A stretch of DNA of 64,000 nucleotides from Lama guanicoe. Its lineage: Eukaryota. A program made the position numbers and the translations under genes. Each line of letters opens with the position of its first letter. The first letter of the stretch is position 1. Where the stretch lies: the NCBI GenBank assembly GCA_013239625.1, contig MU053588.1, forward strand, positions 2,242,508-2,306,507, in the 5' to 3' direction. The notes beneath the pieces were generated by a model. That model saw only the letters and a list, made by a program, of their open reading frames with translations, made no database searches and was not told the origin of the DNA. Positions 1 to 11,600 of the stretch are shown here, piece by piece.

Positions 1-323
1 ACTAAAGTAGGGCTAGGGGCGCACTGCAGAGGGAAGGGAGGAAAGCAGAGGGGTTGGACCTTGAGGAATTTCGAAATCTCTGCTGACCAGCAGTCAGCTT
101 CCTCCTTTAGGGGTTACGGGCACAGTGCCAGTGGCCCCCGTGATCACAGACAAGGCGACCCAATGAGTGTTGTGAGCCCGAGATTGATCTGCTTTCTGTG
201 ATGTCCCCTAAAAGCCTAGAACACCCCCACACATTGCCAGCTTTTGTTCCCCCCACAGTTTGGAGACTCTGACACACCCACTTTCCCACCTGGGCTCTGC
301 GAATCCTCTAGCTGCCTGGCAAG

Positions 324-3300
324 ATGAAGCCTAAACTGATGTACCAGGAGGTAGGTGGATGGGGGACCTCGGGGGAGGGGCTGGGCCCAGTGGAGGGAGG
401 GGGTCTTGCTGAACTGCCCTGTCACCCCCCTACCATCCTGATCCCCCAGCTGAAGGTGCCTGCCGAGGAGCCCGCCAACGAACTTCCCATGAATGAGATC
501 GAGGCTTGGAAGGCTGCAGAGAAGGTAGGAGCCCTCTGCCACCCTCACTCTGTCTCAGACATGGGCTGGGCTGCCCGCCTTGGGCTGGCTGATCACCTTC
601 TCCTCCCCACAGAAAGCCCGTTGGGTCCTGCTGGTCCTCATCCTGGCAGTTGTGGGCTTTGGTGCCCTGATGACTCAGCTGTTTCTATGGGAATACGGCG
701 ACTTGCATCTCTTCGGGCCCAATCAGCGCCCAGCCCCTTGCTATGACCCTTGCGAGTAAGTGGCAGCAGAGGGTGGGAGCAGGGAGCCTCGAATGGTGGG
801 GGGAGGGGCACTGCCAAACTGAGGACCTGTCAACATGCAATAAGCAGGGCCTGCACCCAGTAGTCGAGACAGAGTGAGGAGATCGCAGCCTTCCAAGTAG
901 ACCATCATCACAGGTTCTTCCCTCCATGCTCACCCGCTTCCCCCACACTGTTGCCATGGCAGCCACAGCATCATCTTTTGTCAGTGAACAGAAAGGCACA
1001 CACAGACACACATGGTATCTTCCATCCACATCTGTGGACACATATGCACACACATGGACATCCACATATGCACTTCTGAAAAGACAAAGACACAGACATG
1101 CAGAGAATCTTGAGTATAGGCACACACAAATATACACAGTCTTCCATACTCCCTGGGGAGACAAGTGAGCACTCACATTCCAGCCCCCTATGGCTGATTC
1201 TGCCTCCCCCCACCCCCCAGAGCAGTGCTGGTGGAGAGCATTCCCGAGGGCCTAGACTTCCCCAATGCCTCCACGGGCAACCCATCCACCAGCCAGGCCT
1301 GGCTGGGCCTGCTCGCCGGTGCCCACAGCAGCCTGGACATCGCCTCCTTCTACTGGACCCTCACCAACAATGACACCCACACTCAGGAGCCCTCTGCCCA
1401 GCAGGTACCTGGCAACCTGGGCCCTGGCTGGCAGCAGGGGGTGGTGGGAGGCAATGGGGTGGGGGCAAAGGGGGTTCCCCTGAAGCTCAGGGGACAGGTG
1501 GGCATGTCTCACACAACAAGCTGGACACAGGTGTTTGGGAGCAACTGTCTTCACATGGCCCTCTGGATGGGGGTGTTTTGTCATGGTCATCTGGAGGCCT
1601 CTGAATGTCAGGGTGTGGGTTTGGTTACAAGGGATTAGGCTGACAGATATCACTTGCCCATAAGTCACCCCAGTCCTGTCGCTCAAAGAAATGGAAATAT
1701 GGAGTGAGTACCAGCCCAGTCTCAAGCCGGGCTGCCACTTCCCAGCTGTGTGACCTTGGGCAAGTCACCTCACCTCTCTGGCTTCAGTCTGCTCATCTGT
1801 AGAATGGGGCCAATACCTAGCACCCACCTCTTATAAGGATGAAATGAGCCAATCCCTGCAAATTATAGCACAGTGCCTGACAAAGCCAGCCCTTTATAAG
1901 CATTTGCTATTATAGCCTTGTTAGGGCCTGGAAACTTAAACATAATACTTCAGGATTTGAAAAGGAACAGCCTGGGTGGTTGGATAAGTCCTTCATTAAA
2001 AAGCACAGTGAATCTATCCTCTTTCCCTGCTGCCTCTCTTTGTCAGAGGTAGGCTTCAATTAATTAAAATTGTGGGGGTCTTTAAGCATTGCCTGAAAAA
2101 AATATAAACCAGTTAAAAATTATCTGAGTGCCCATACCCTGCTGGTTCCTACTGGAGTGGTTCAAAGTGCAAAGCACAGACACAGGAGGCAGACGGTCTG
2201 AGTTCAAATCCTGCTTCACTTTTGGTTTCGTCAATGCTCAGTTGCCTCATCTGCACCTAAAGATATACTCAGACCTGCCTCATCAGTGAGGGTGGTGAGA
2301 ATTCAATGAGTTCAGATGTGAAGAAGCTTAGAAGCAGGGCCCGGCTCAGAGTTGAAACCCGGGAATCATTGGCTGTTACTATGACTGTTATTGGCATCAG
2401 CAAGCCTCACCCATATCTTCCCAGACCCCTAGTCTGCGCTGTGCCGCCAGCATCCTGTAATGGGCCCAGAAGCCCTGTGGTGTCAGGCATTGATGCTTCC
2501 AAGTCAGGATCTTGGGAAGGTCCTGTGAAGGGCAGGAGTAGCAGGGAGGTTCTAGCAGGGTTCAGAGCAGCCAGTTATTAAAACAGATAAAGAAAGATTT
2601 TAATACCTTAACCTGCAAAGCCTTCCCTAAGTATACTGGCTAATATAAAGCCTGATCAGTCCTGGAAGCCTAATCTCAACACAACTCCATGGGGGTGTGG
2701 CATGGGATTGGAGACCTGGCTGGTCCAGCCCCTCAGAGGCTCTCCCCTCCCTGCAGGGTGAAGAGGTCCTCCGGCAGCTACAGGCCCTGGCACCCCGGGG
2801 TGTGAAGGTCCGCATTACCGTGAGCAAGCCCAACGGGCCTCAGCCCCAGGCGGACCTGCAGGCGCTGCTGCAAAGTGGTGAGCTAGGGGACAGCTGGGGA
2901 TTGACTGGGCCTGGGGCTGCTCCAGCCAGTCCCTGACCACCACCCCTGTCGGTTGCAGGTGCCCAGGTCCGCATGGTGGACATGCAGAAGCTGACCCATG
3001 GTGTCCTGCACACCAAGTTCTGGGTGGTAGACCAGACCCACTTCTACCTCGGCAGTGCCAACATGGACTGGCGCTCCCTGACCCAGGTCTGCCTGCACCC
3101 TACCCACTCGCCCTCCTAGGCTTCTGCCTGCCCCAGCCTCCAACTGCATCCCACTTTAACCCCAGAGTCCTCTCCATCTAGCCTCTGCAATGGCTTCCTT
3201 CCCACCTCCTGCCAGGCCTCACCAATCCAGTCCTCCACTGCCCTCCCCCTGTTCATGGAAGCCCCTCAGTGGCAACTACCAGCCCATCTACAGGCCATTC

Positions 3301-6300
3301 AAAGCTCTGCCCACCTATTTGACCTTCATTATTCCCTCCCTGAGTGCCTTCTCTAAGCCCAGCCCTATTCTGATCCTGGGAACATGGCAGTAACAGATGT
3401 ACCTCTTGGAGCTCCCAGTACAGAGACAGGCTTCTCACAGGCAGTGTCCTCCCAGACGGGTCAAGACTGGAATGGAGGAAGCCCAAGCACGGGGGTCTAG
3501 GGCCAGGTTGGGGGACCCAACCTGGGGTATCAAGGAAAGTCTCCCAGAGGAGGCGACAACTAATCTGATACCTAGAGGATCTGCAAGAATTAGCAGAAGA
3601 CAGGAGAGGGGTACAGCTTAGGCAATGATCATTTGCTCAACAAATATTTCCCAAGCCCCTAATCTCACCAGCTCTGCAGAGTGGATGCTGAAGATACAGC
3701 TGTGGCTGAGACATCACCCGTGCCTGTCCTCCTAGTCAGTCAATGGGGAGATAGGTTTGTCACCAGAGAGAGTGATGAGGGAAGCCCACGGGACCCTGAG
3801 AGCCTCAAGGAATGCCTGGCACAGTCTGGACAGTCAAGGCAGCATTCCTGGAGGAGGAAACTACCAGCTAAGACCTAAGACTGGGTAGGAAATCAGCAGA
3901 AGGTAGAAGCAACAGCATGTGCAAAGGTTCAGGCAACCTGGAGCTTCAGAATAACTGAATGATCGTCACCAAAACTGGACTCAAGACTTCAGTCTTGGTC
4001 AAGTTCATGTCTATACCAGGACTCTAGTTGGGAGAAAGGGGGAGCTAGGGGGCAGAAAGAGGAGAGACAGGCAGATAGAGGGGTGAGGGACAGGAAAGGA
4101 GACCGGGGAGGGAGGGGGAGTATCTGCAAGTGTCCGTGCCACCTGTGAGTCCTGGGCCACCAGCCCCCTCAGCACTGTCCTCCCTCAGGTCAAGGAGCTG
4201 GGCGTGGTCATGTACAACTGCAGCTGCCTAGCTCGAGACCTGACCAAGATCTTCGAGGCCTACTGGTTCCTGGGCCAGGCAGGCAGCTCCATCCCATCAA
4301 CCTGGCCCCGGCCTTATGACACCCGCTACAATCAAGAGACACCCATGGAAATCTGCCTCAACGGAACCCCTGCTCTGGCCTACCTGGCAGTGAGTCCGAG
4401 GGAAGAGGGACCCATCACACCTCAGCCACATGCCCTCAGTCATGGCCTCCATCTAGCCCTGCTCAGTAATTTGGTGGGAATGGGAGAGTCCTGACCACTA
4501 GCCATCATTCCTGCCCACTCAGGGGCCTGGACTGTGTCCCAACATCTCTAGGCCTTGGTCTCATCTAGGAAGTGGGTATCATAATATTTACAATCTTTTA
4601 GGACTAATGAGGAGAGCCCGTGCAAGGTCGAGCCCTTGGTGTAAGCTACCTATGGCTCTTTCCATTTAAATCTATTTAAATAAAAAGTGGATAAAACTTC
4701 AGTTCTCCAGTCACACTAGCCACATTTCAAGGGCTCAGTAGCCACATGCAGCAAGTGGCTGCCATATTGGGCAGGCAGATAGAGAACATCTCCATCACTG
4801 TGAAAAGTTCTATTGGACAATGCCGACCGTCGCCTGTGGCACTCTGGACAAGGCAGTGCTGTTTTTAGCTGTTGATATTTTCACTAATTAGGGTGGCCAA
4901 CCTGGGTCCCCTTCAGTTCTTCTGAGCAAGTCACCTGGCCAACCCCAGCATCATGGTGGAAGGCCACACTAAGTCACAGATGCAGGGATGACTCATTGGG
5001 GTCATTTGCTCCAGTGGTCTCCCACGGGGGATGAAAGGTTCCCCCATTACCACTTCTGCTTTCAGAGCTTGAGTTTGCTCATCTGTCGTGAGGATGGAGG
5101 GAGCTAGGTGAAGAGCCTGGTGTGGGTGGGCACGTGAGAAGTGCCATCAGGGTGAACTGTGAGCAAGTCAGGGACAAAAGTGACTAGAACGGAGCTCCTC
5201 AAACCTGAGCATGCATTAGAATCACCAGAACGGCTTGTTAAAACCCAGATTCCTGGGCCCCACCCCAGCACCTTGATTCCCTGTGCCATGTGCAGCAAGG
5301 CCCAAGAATCTGCGTTTCTAACAAGTTCCCAGGTGATGCTGTTGCTGCCAGATCAGGGACCTCATGTCGAGAATCGCTGGGTTAAAGCATAAGTTCTGGA
5401 ACCAGACAGCCTAGGTACAAATCCTGTCTCCATCTATCAGCTGTGCAACCTTAGACAAGTCACTTACCCTCTCTGCGCCTCCATTTTCTCACCTCTGTAA
5501 GGGACGTGTTAATTATCTCTCCCCTTTATGGAGGCTGAGCATTCAGTGAGACCCACAGGACCTGGCTCATGACGAGCTGTCTATAACTGGAGTCCACTGT
5601 GACGGCACCCCTGGCAGGACACGTGTCTTGACTGTCCCTTTATCCCCCAGAGTGCGCCTCCACCACTGTGTCCGAGTGGCCGCACCCCAGACTTGAAGGC
5701 CCTGCTCAACGTTGTGGATAATGCCCGGAGTTTCATCTACATCGCGGTCATGAACTACCTGCCCACCATGGAGTTCTCCCACCCGCGCAGGTACTGCTGG
5801 GTGCGTGAACAGGGCTTGGGGAAGGGAGCCACTGCAAGTGAAAGAGGAAGGAGCTGGGAGAAGGGGTGATGGGGCCCAGAAAGCAGGCAGGGGGCCAAGG
5901 CCAAAGGACAGACAGAGGGGGAACCATGGCAAGAGGCAGAGGAGACAGGTGACAGGGAGAGTGGGTCTGGATACTTGAGGTAGGGCAAAGGGAACAGAGG
6001 AAAGGATGAGAATATTGGAGGTGGGGTGGGGGACTGGAGTCTTAAGGCAGAGGATGCAGGATGTGGGATTTCTGGAGGTAGGAGGCAGGAGTTTAAGCTG
6101 GAAATGGGATGAGAGGCTTGGGAGATGGGACTAAGTATTCAGGTTTGGGGCGGCAGGGTTGGGTTCTGTGATCTGGGACGGGAAGTGGGGATGACTGGGC
6201 TCTGGGGGCTCAGAGCAGGTAGTCTGGAGTCAGCAGACAAGATGATGGGAAGATTGGGCTTGCAGCAGCAGGACTGGGAGCCAGAGATGGGGTGGTCTTG

Positions 6301-7393
6301 GAGCCTGGGGGTTCCCAGGCCTGGCTCCCTAAAGCTGAGGTGAGGCCTCCTCTGTGGCCCACACTCCCTTCCCTAAGGTTCTGGCCTGCCATTGACGATG
6401 GGCTGCGGCGGGCTGCCTATGAGCGGGGCGTCAAGGTGCGCCTGCTCATCAGCTGCTGGGGACACTCCGAGCCATCCATGAGGGCCTTTCTGCTGTCCCT
6501 GGCTGCCCTGCGTGACAACCACACCCACTCTGACATCCAGGTGGTAAGCACCTACCCCAGATCCACCCCTCAGCCCCTGTGCAGGGCAGTACTGGGGACA
6601 CAGCTCTCGTGGTGCTCACCTGTCACCCAGAGTGGTCTGTGCCTGGTTGGGGGGCACCATGGATCGGGGCCAGGATTGAGGGAGTGGGCAGAGGGGTCAG
6701 GGCCGGGTTTGGGGAGCCCAGGGGAAGCACCTGCCCAAGTTAAGGTGTCATGGAAGACTTTCTGGAAAAGGAGACATTGGATGTAAGACCTGGGGGAGGA
6801 ATAGGAGCCATTCTAGAGGGAAGAGGTGGCATATGAGGCGACCAGGTCCTCCCCGTCAGTCGGTGTTTACTGAGTACCCACTCCACCTGGCCCTATTCCT
6901 GCCCTCAAGGCCCCGTGGGAAGCAGCCAAGTCCTCAGTCCTGAAGATCTGGTTCCACACCCCATCCTAGACCCTGGGCTCTCTAACCCACCCTGCATCTC
7001 CCCCTTCCCCTCAGAAACTCTTTGTGGTCCCTGCGGATGAGGCCCAGGCTCGAATCCCTTATGCCCGCGTCAACCATAACAAGTACATGGTTACTGAACG
7101 TGCCACCTACATCGGTGAGTGTTCTGAGGGCCGCCGGGGAGACAGAAGGGGGTCCAGGCACCGCCAGGGGCCCTGACTCTCTGCTCCCACACCCCCGCCC
7201 CACAGGAACCTCCAACTGGTCCGGCAGCTACTTCACTGAGACGGCGGGCACCTCTCTGCTGGTGACGCAGAACGGGCGGGGCGGCCTGCGCAGCCAGCTG
7301 GAGGCGGTTTTCCTGAGGGACTGGGACTCCCCTTACAGCCACGACCTCGACACCTCAGCCGACAGCGTGGGCAATGCCTGTCGCCTGCTCTGA
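324..7393 (+). CDS. PLD3: Phospholipase D family member 3 (lysosomal 5'-3' exonuclease), 490 aa, 11 coding exons
   Basis: Join 324-350, 450-524, 613-755, 1221-1404, 2757-2877, 2959-3086, 4189-4389, 5651-5790, 6378-6543, 7015-7114, 7206-7393 = 1473 nt, all introns GT-AG. Starts [13 protein letters not shown], has a TM segment ([17 protein letters not shown]), HTKFWVVD (HKD) and HNKYMVTE (HKE) motifs, and ends NACRLL*. The ATG exon begins at an acceptor at 259; upstream non-coding exons and promoter lie outside the window. Confidence 0.98.
1725..1912 (+). mobile_element. MIR (representative of many MIRs in the window)
   Basis: Core agctgtgtgaccttgggcaagtcac...ctcatctgtagaatggg. Confidence 0.7.
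4650..4825. mobile_element. hAT-Charlie DNA transposon fossil (MER3-like)
   Basis: cagtcacactagccacatttcaag...aaagttctattggaca signature. Confidence 0.65.
5190..5382. mobile_element. MER5A-like DNA transposon fossil
   Basis: ttagaatcacc...cttgttaaaac...gggccccacccc...gaatctgcgtttctaacaagttcccaggtgatgct signature. Confidence 0.7.
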
Positions 7394-7642
7394 GGCCCGG
7401 TCCAGCGGACAGTCCCCGTCCCTGTGCCCCTGCTTCTGTCTGCCCCATTGTGGCTCTAACAGGCTCCCCCCCTGCTCTCCAACCTCTACCTCTGCCCCTA
7501 CTGGCCTGACGCTGTGGCCCCAGAGGACCCAGCCGAGCTGGGGGAGGGGTTAGCCCCCAAAGAAGTGGGGGTGCATGCTGGGCCCGGCCCCCTGGCCCCA
7601 CCCCACTTTCAAGGGCAAAGAGGGCCCAAGATCATAATAAGA

Positions 7643-7648
7643 AGTAAA
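7643..7648 (+). terminator. Probable PLD3 polyadenylation signal (variant AGTAAA)
   Basis: AGTAAA about 250 nt after the stop, followed by a GT-rich tract (tgtgcctgactgagtggtgtg); no canonical AATAAA until 8357. Confidence 0.6.
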
Positions 7649-8348
7649 TAACTTATCTGTACAGCCTGTGCCTGACTGAGTGGTGTGAGGTAGGGTGTCG
7701 GGGTAGGGGACAGCTGGCATGGGCCTCTGGTGGGGACATCTTCCTGTGCACTGAGCCCTCAGCATGTGTCCGGTATGTGCCGAGCCCTCAGTAGGTGACC
7801 AGTGTGGACTGGCAAGTGCTGAGCCCTCGGCCTGTATGTGCTGAGCATGCACGTGTGACCTCGTATAACCAGAATGAGGCAGCGTGTGCTGCACGCTCAG
7901 CATGTTCCCAGCCAGATGAGCACGTGCTGAGCCACTGCATTATCCCCAGGGTGGACTCGCATGTCTGGACACTAGAGCATGTACCAAGCGTGAAATGTAC
8001 ACCTGCCAAGTGAATTTACACTTCGCATGTCCCGAGCATGGATGAGTGCATGCCAAGCCTGTAACCTTTGGCAGACACAGGCCAACAGATGATGAGAATT
8101 TGGCATTTGGCTGAACCTGTCACCTGCTGAACACCAAGAATGTTCTGAGGGTGGATTCTTGTGTGCCAGGCACTGAGCTTCTCTAGGGGATGGGTCAGTG
8201 CGCCAAGCACAGCCTCCAGCCTGAGCCACTGGTAGGCTGGGGGCAGCATTGGAGAGCAGGGCCTGGACCCCAGCCTGAACCCCACCCCAACACCAGTCCA
8301 GGCCTCAGGCAGGGAGGACAGGCATGAGGCAGAACTGCTAAACAGTTC

Positions 8349-8354
8349 TTTATT
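8349..8354 (-). terminator. HIPK4 polyadenylation signal AATAAA
   Basis: tttatt on + strand, 280 nt beyond the HIPK4 stop. Confidence 0.8.
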
Positions 8355-8633
8355 GAAATAAACAGAGGCAGCAGGGCCAAGAGCGTGCTCAGGGCCAGCG
8401 GGGTACAGCCCCGTCCCTGTGTCCCTCTGGCCAAGGGGGCCAGGGGCCAGACCCCAAAACCCTCCTGTGTTCGGGGTGTGTGTGCAGGCGTGCGCCGTGG
8501 GTGGGGGGAGTGGGGAATTTCTTGATAACTATCTTTCTGTAAGAATAATTTGTCGGTTCAGGGGATGGCTTTGACAAGGGGATGCCAGCCCCACTAGCAC
8601 AGCCCCCAGTAATGGGCAGGGGTGGGGTCACCA

Positions 8634-11600
8634 TCAGTGGTGTCCGCCGACATGCTGCAGAAAGCTAGTGGCCCGGGGTGGACCATGTGGGTGGGTGTGG
8701 CGTGGTGGGAGCCCCTGAGCCCGTGGCCCCCTGATGCCCTCCAGGGTCCACTCTGGCTCATTCAGCCATTCCCCGGAACAGCTGCTGGGGTCGAAGAGCT
8801 CAGGGCCTGGCCTCTGTTGGGGAGAAGAGACGGGCATCAGCGAAGAAGTGCCCCTCACCCCAACCTCCACCAGCCCTGAGGAACAACCAGCCTGCCCCTC
8901 ATGGACTCCTTCTGGTCCCAACTGCATCCTTGTCACTTCCTGAGGACAATTTTGTACATGCTGAACCGTCATCCATTTTGGAGGCTTAAATAATGTGTGC
9001 TGAGACCTTCCTCTGTCCCGAAGGTGTGTTTGCTGAGGGTCTGTCATGTCTTCCTGGGTGGGCGAGCTGTGATGGGCTTGTTGGGAGTACTAGGGCTTTA
9101 TCGCTTCCTGTCTGTGGACTGCTGTGTTCTGAGTTTTTACACAGCGTGAATACAGATTAGTGTTTGCTGAGCTTCCTCACATCCTGAGGGCGGGCCTCAG
9201 ATGCTGGACCCTGTGGCAGGCCATCTAGTTGTGTGGGAGGCAAGGCTGGTTTTACTGTGCTCTGATCCTAGAGCTCTGGGGAGGCCCTGATCCCAGAACC
9301 ACCCGCACCCTGGTTGCCGCCCAGCTCACCTCAACTTCCATGGTCATGTCCTTGATGTCTGGCCCATCCCCCTCCCGCTGCGGGATGGCAGGCGGCTCAG
9401 CGGAGGCCCCTAGGCGCTCTCCTTCAGCCCAGCCACTGCCCCGGCCTGGTGTGTCATCCTCAGGAGAGGCCTGGCTCAGCCAGATCAGGTTGCTGAAGTT
9501 GGAGTCGGACTTGGAGCCTGCGGGTGGCTTGCGGGCTTTGTGGCGGCCTGCCAGGCGGCTGCCATAGAAGGCCAGGATGGGCTCGGGGCCGGGGTCAGAC
9601 ACCCGACGGCCAGCGGCAGCTGCCTTGAGTGGGACCAGCATGTCGGGGACCACATTGGCACGGGTCTCACCCCACAGCTCACACCCTGCCTCCTGTAGAC
9701 TCAGGTCGTCCAGCTGATTGATGGCCCTTTGCATGCCTGGTGCCTTCTCACGGGAAAAAGGCCCGCTGCCCCCCACACTGCCCAGGCCCACAGCCTCCTC
9801 CTCCTCGGCCAGTTGGTAGTAGGGGGGCCCGTCTTCTGCAGCAGCCACCACCGACGTGGGTGGCTTGCCCTCCACCTGCAGAGAGAGGCGGCAGCCGCGC
9901 AGTGAGAGCTGGTAGTAGCGGGTGGTCTCGTGGGCACTGCGCAGCTGCTGCATGGACACGAAGGGGTGGCGCAGGGCTGCGCTGGGGCTGATGCGCTCGT
10001 GCGACTCCCATGTCAGCATGCGCTTAATCAGCTCCACCATGCTCTTGAGGTCGGCATGCTCCGCCAGCACCTCCCGGTCCGGGAAGGTCAGCCGACTGGC
10101 TGCCCCGCCGCCATTCACCGTCTCAATCTGGTCCAGTGACTTGAGCATGTACTTGCGGCGCTCCAGCGGGCGCACCTGGTGGGATGTAAGGTGGGGCAGA
10201 GGTTGACACCGAGTCCAAGCCTTGGGCCCCAGGCACCCCTGCTGTGGGGCCCACTTATGACCCTCCCACCCCAGCTTCCAGTCTGCCCTCCAGTCTGGCC
10301 CAGAGCTCTCTTGTGGCTATGAAGTCCACACACCGGAACCCTGACTTCCAGTGCTGCCCATGATCTGACTTGGCGCTCTCTTGCTGCTGGGAGGACCATA
10401 CCTGCTCACTAACACTAGACACCCTCTAGTCTAATCCACAGCCCTCCTACTGCTGCAGGAAGGACAGCTGACTGTAATCATTTGTTTTACTGTGCCCTGA
10501 TCCTACAGCTCTGGGGAGGCCCTAATCCCAGCACCACCTACACCCTGGCCACCCTCCGGCTCCCCTCTCTCTCTGCTCTCACTGGCTCAAGTTTCACACC
10601 TTGCCCCAGCCCTCCAGTCCCCCCCCCCCACAGGCCGTGGGTCCGGTCCCGAACAGCGGCTAGTAGAAGGGCTGTCCTAACCCTCTAGTCCTCCTTGGAA
10701 TCAGTTCCAGACCCCTCTTGCTTCTGCATCTGATCCCAGCCCTCGAGCCTCCCAGGAGTCAAGCCCAGACCATCTTTGCCAAATTGTTTGACAACCACTG
10801 GCCCAGGAGTTATCAGAGGAGCTGCCATGTACTTTCAGTCCCATCTGTGGTCTCACCCAGACTCCTCTCTTGCTCCCACGGCTGGCCCAAACTTCCAGTC
10901 CTCTCTGCTGTCTCACCCAGACTCTTGCCGCACAAGTTTGATGACCATAGCCACAGAGGTGGCAGACAGGCTGCCCTGACTTCCAGTCTCACCTGGGGTC
11001 TCACTCAGAGCCCTCTTGCTGTGACAGCCCCCGCAGCTGACCCCCAAGCTCCTGGTCCTCTCTGAGATCTAGCCTAGATTTTTTTTCTTGATGTGGCAGC
11101 CCCCACACTGACTGCCCTCCCCGCCCCCCCTGCCCCCCTACCTTGGTCTCAGCCAGGTAGTCAGCCGAGGACTTAAGCTGCCAGGGGTTAGTGGCATCAG
11201 GGTGGGGATTGCGCTTGAAGAAGTGGTGGGCCTTGCGGGCGGCGTGCAGCAGGTGGGGCTTGGGCAGGCCCTGGGTCTCACAGATGTAGCGCACCTGGTC
11301 GTACTCATTGTTGCCCGGGTAGAGGGGCCAGCCCAGGTGCAGCTCAGCCATGATGCAGCCCAGCGACCACACGTCCACCTTCTCACAGAAGGGCAGCCCC
11401 AGCAGAATCTCAGGGGCCCGGTAGAAGCGTGACTGGATGTACGGCTCCTTCACATAGCGCACCTCACTGAATATACTGGCCGAGCCAAAGTCGATCACCT
11501 GAGCAGTGGGGAGGGAGGCACATGGGCCAGGAGGGCCAATCTGAGCCTCCCTTGGCATCTCTCACCAGGGTCTTCCTTCATCAGCCATCTGACTGTCACT

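Noticed and set aside
995..1145. CA-rich stretch generating Cys/Val-rich ORFs
   Set aside because: Degenerate (CA)n-like low-complexity intronic sequence.
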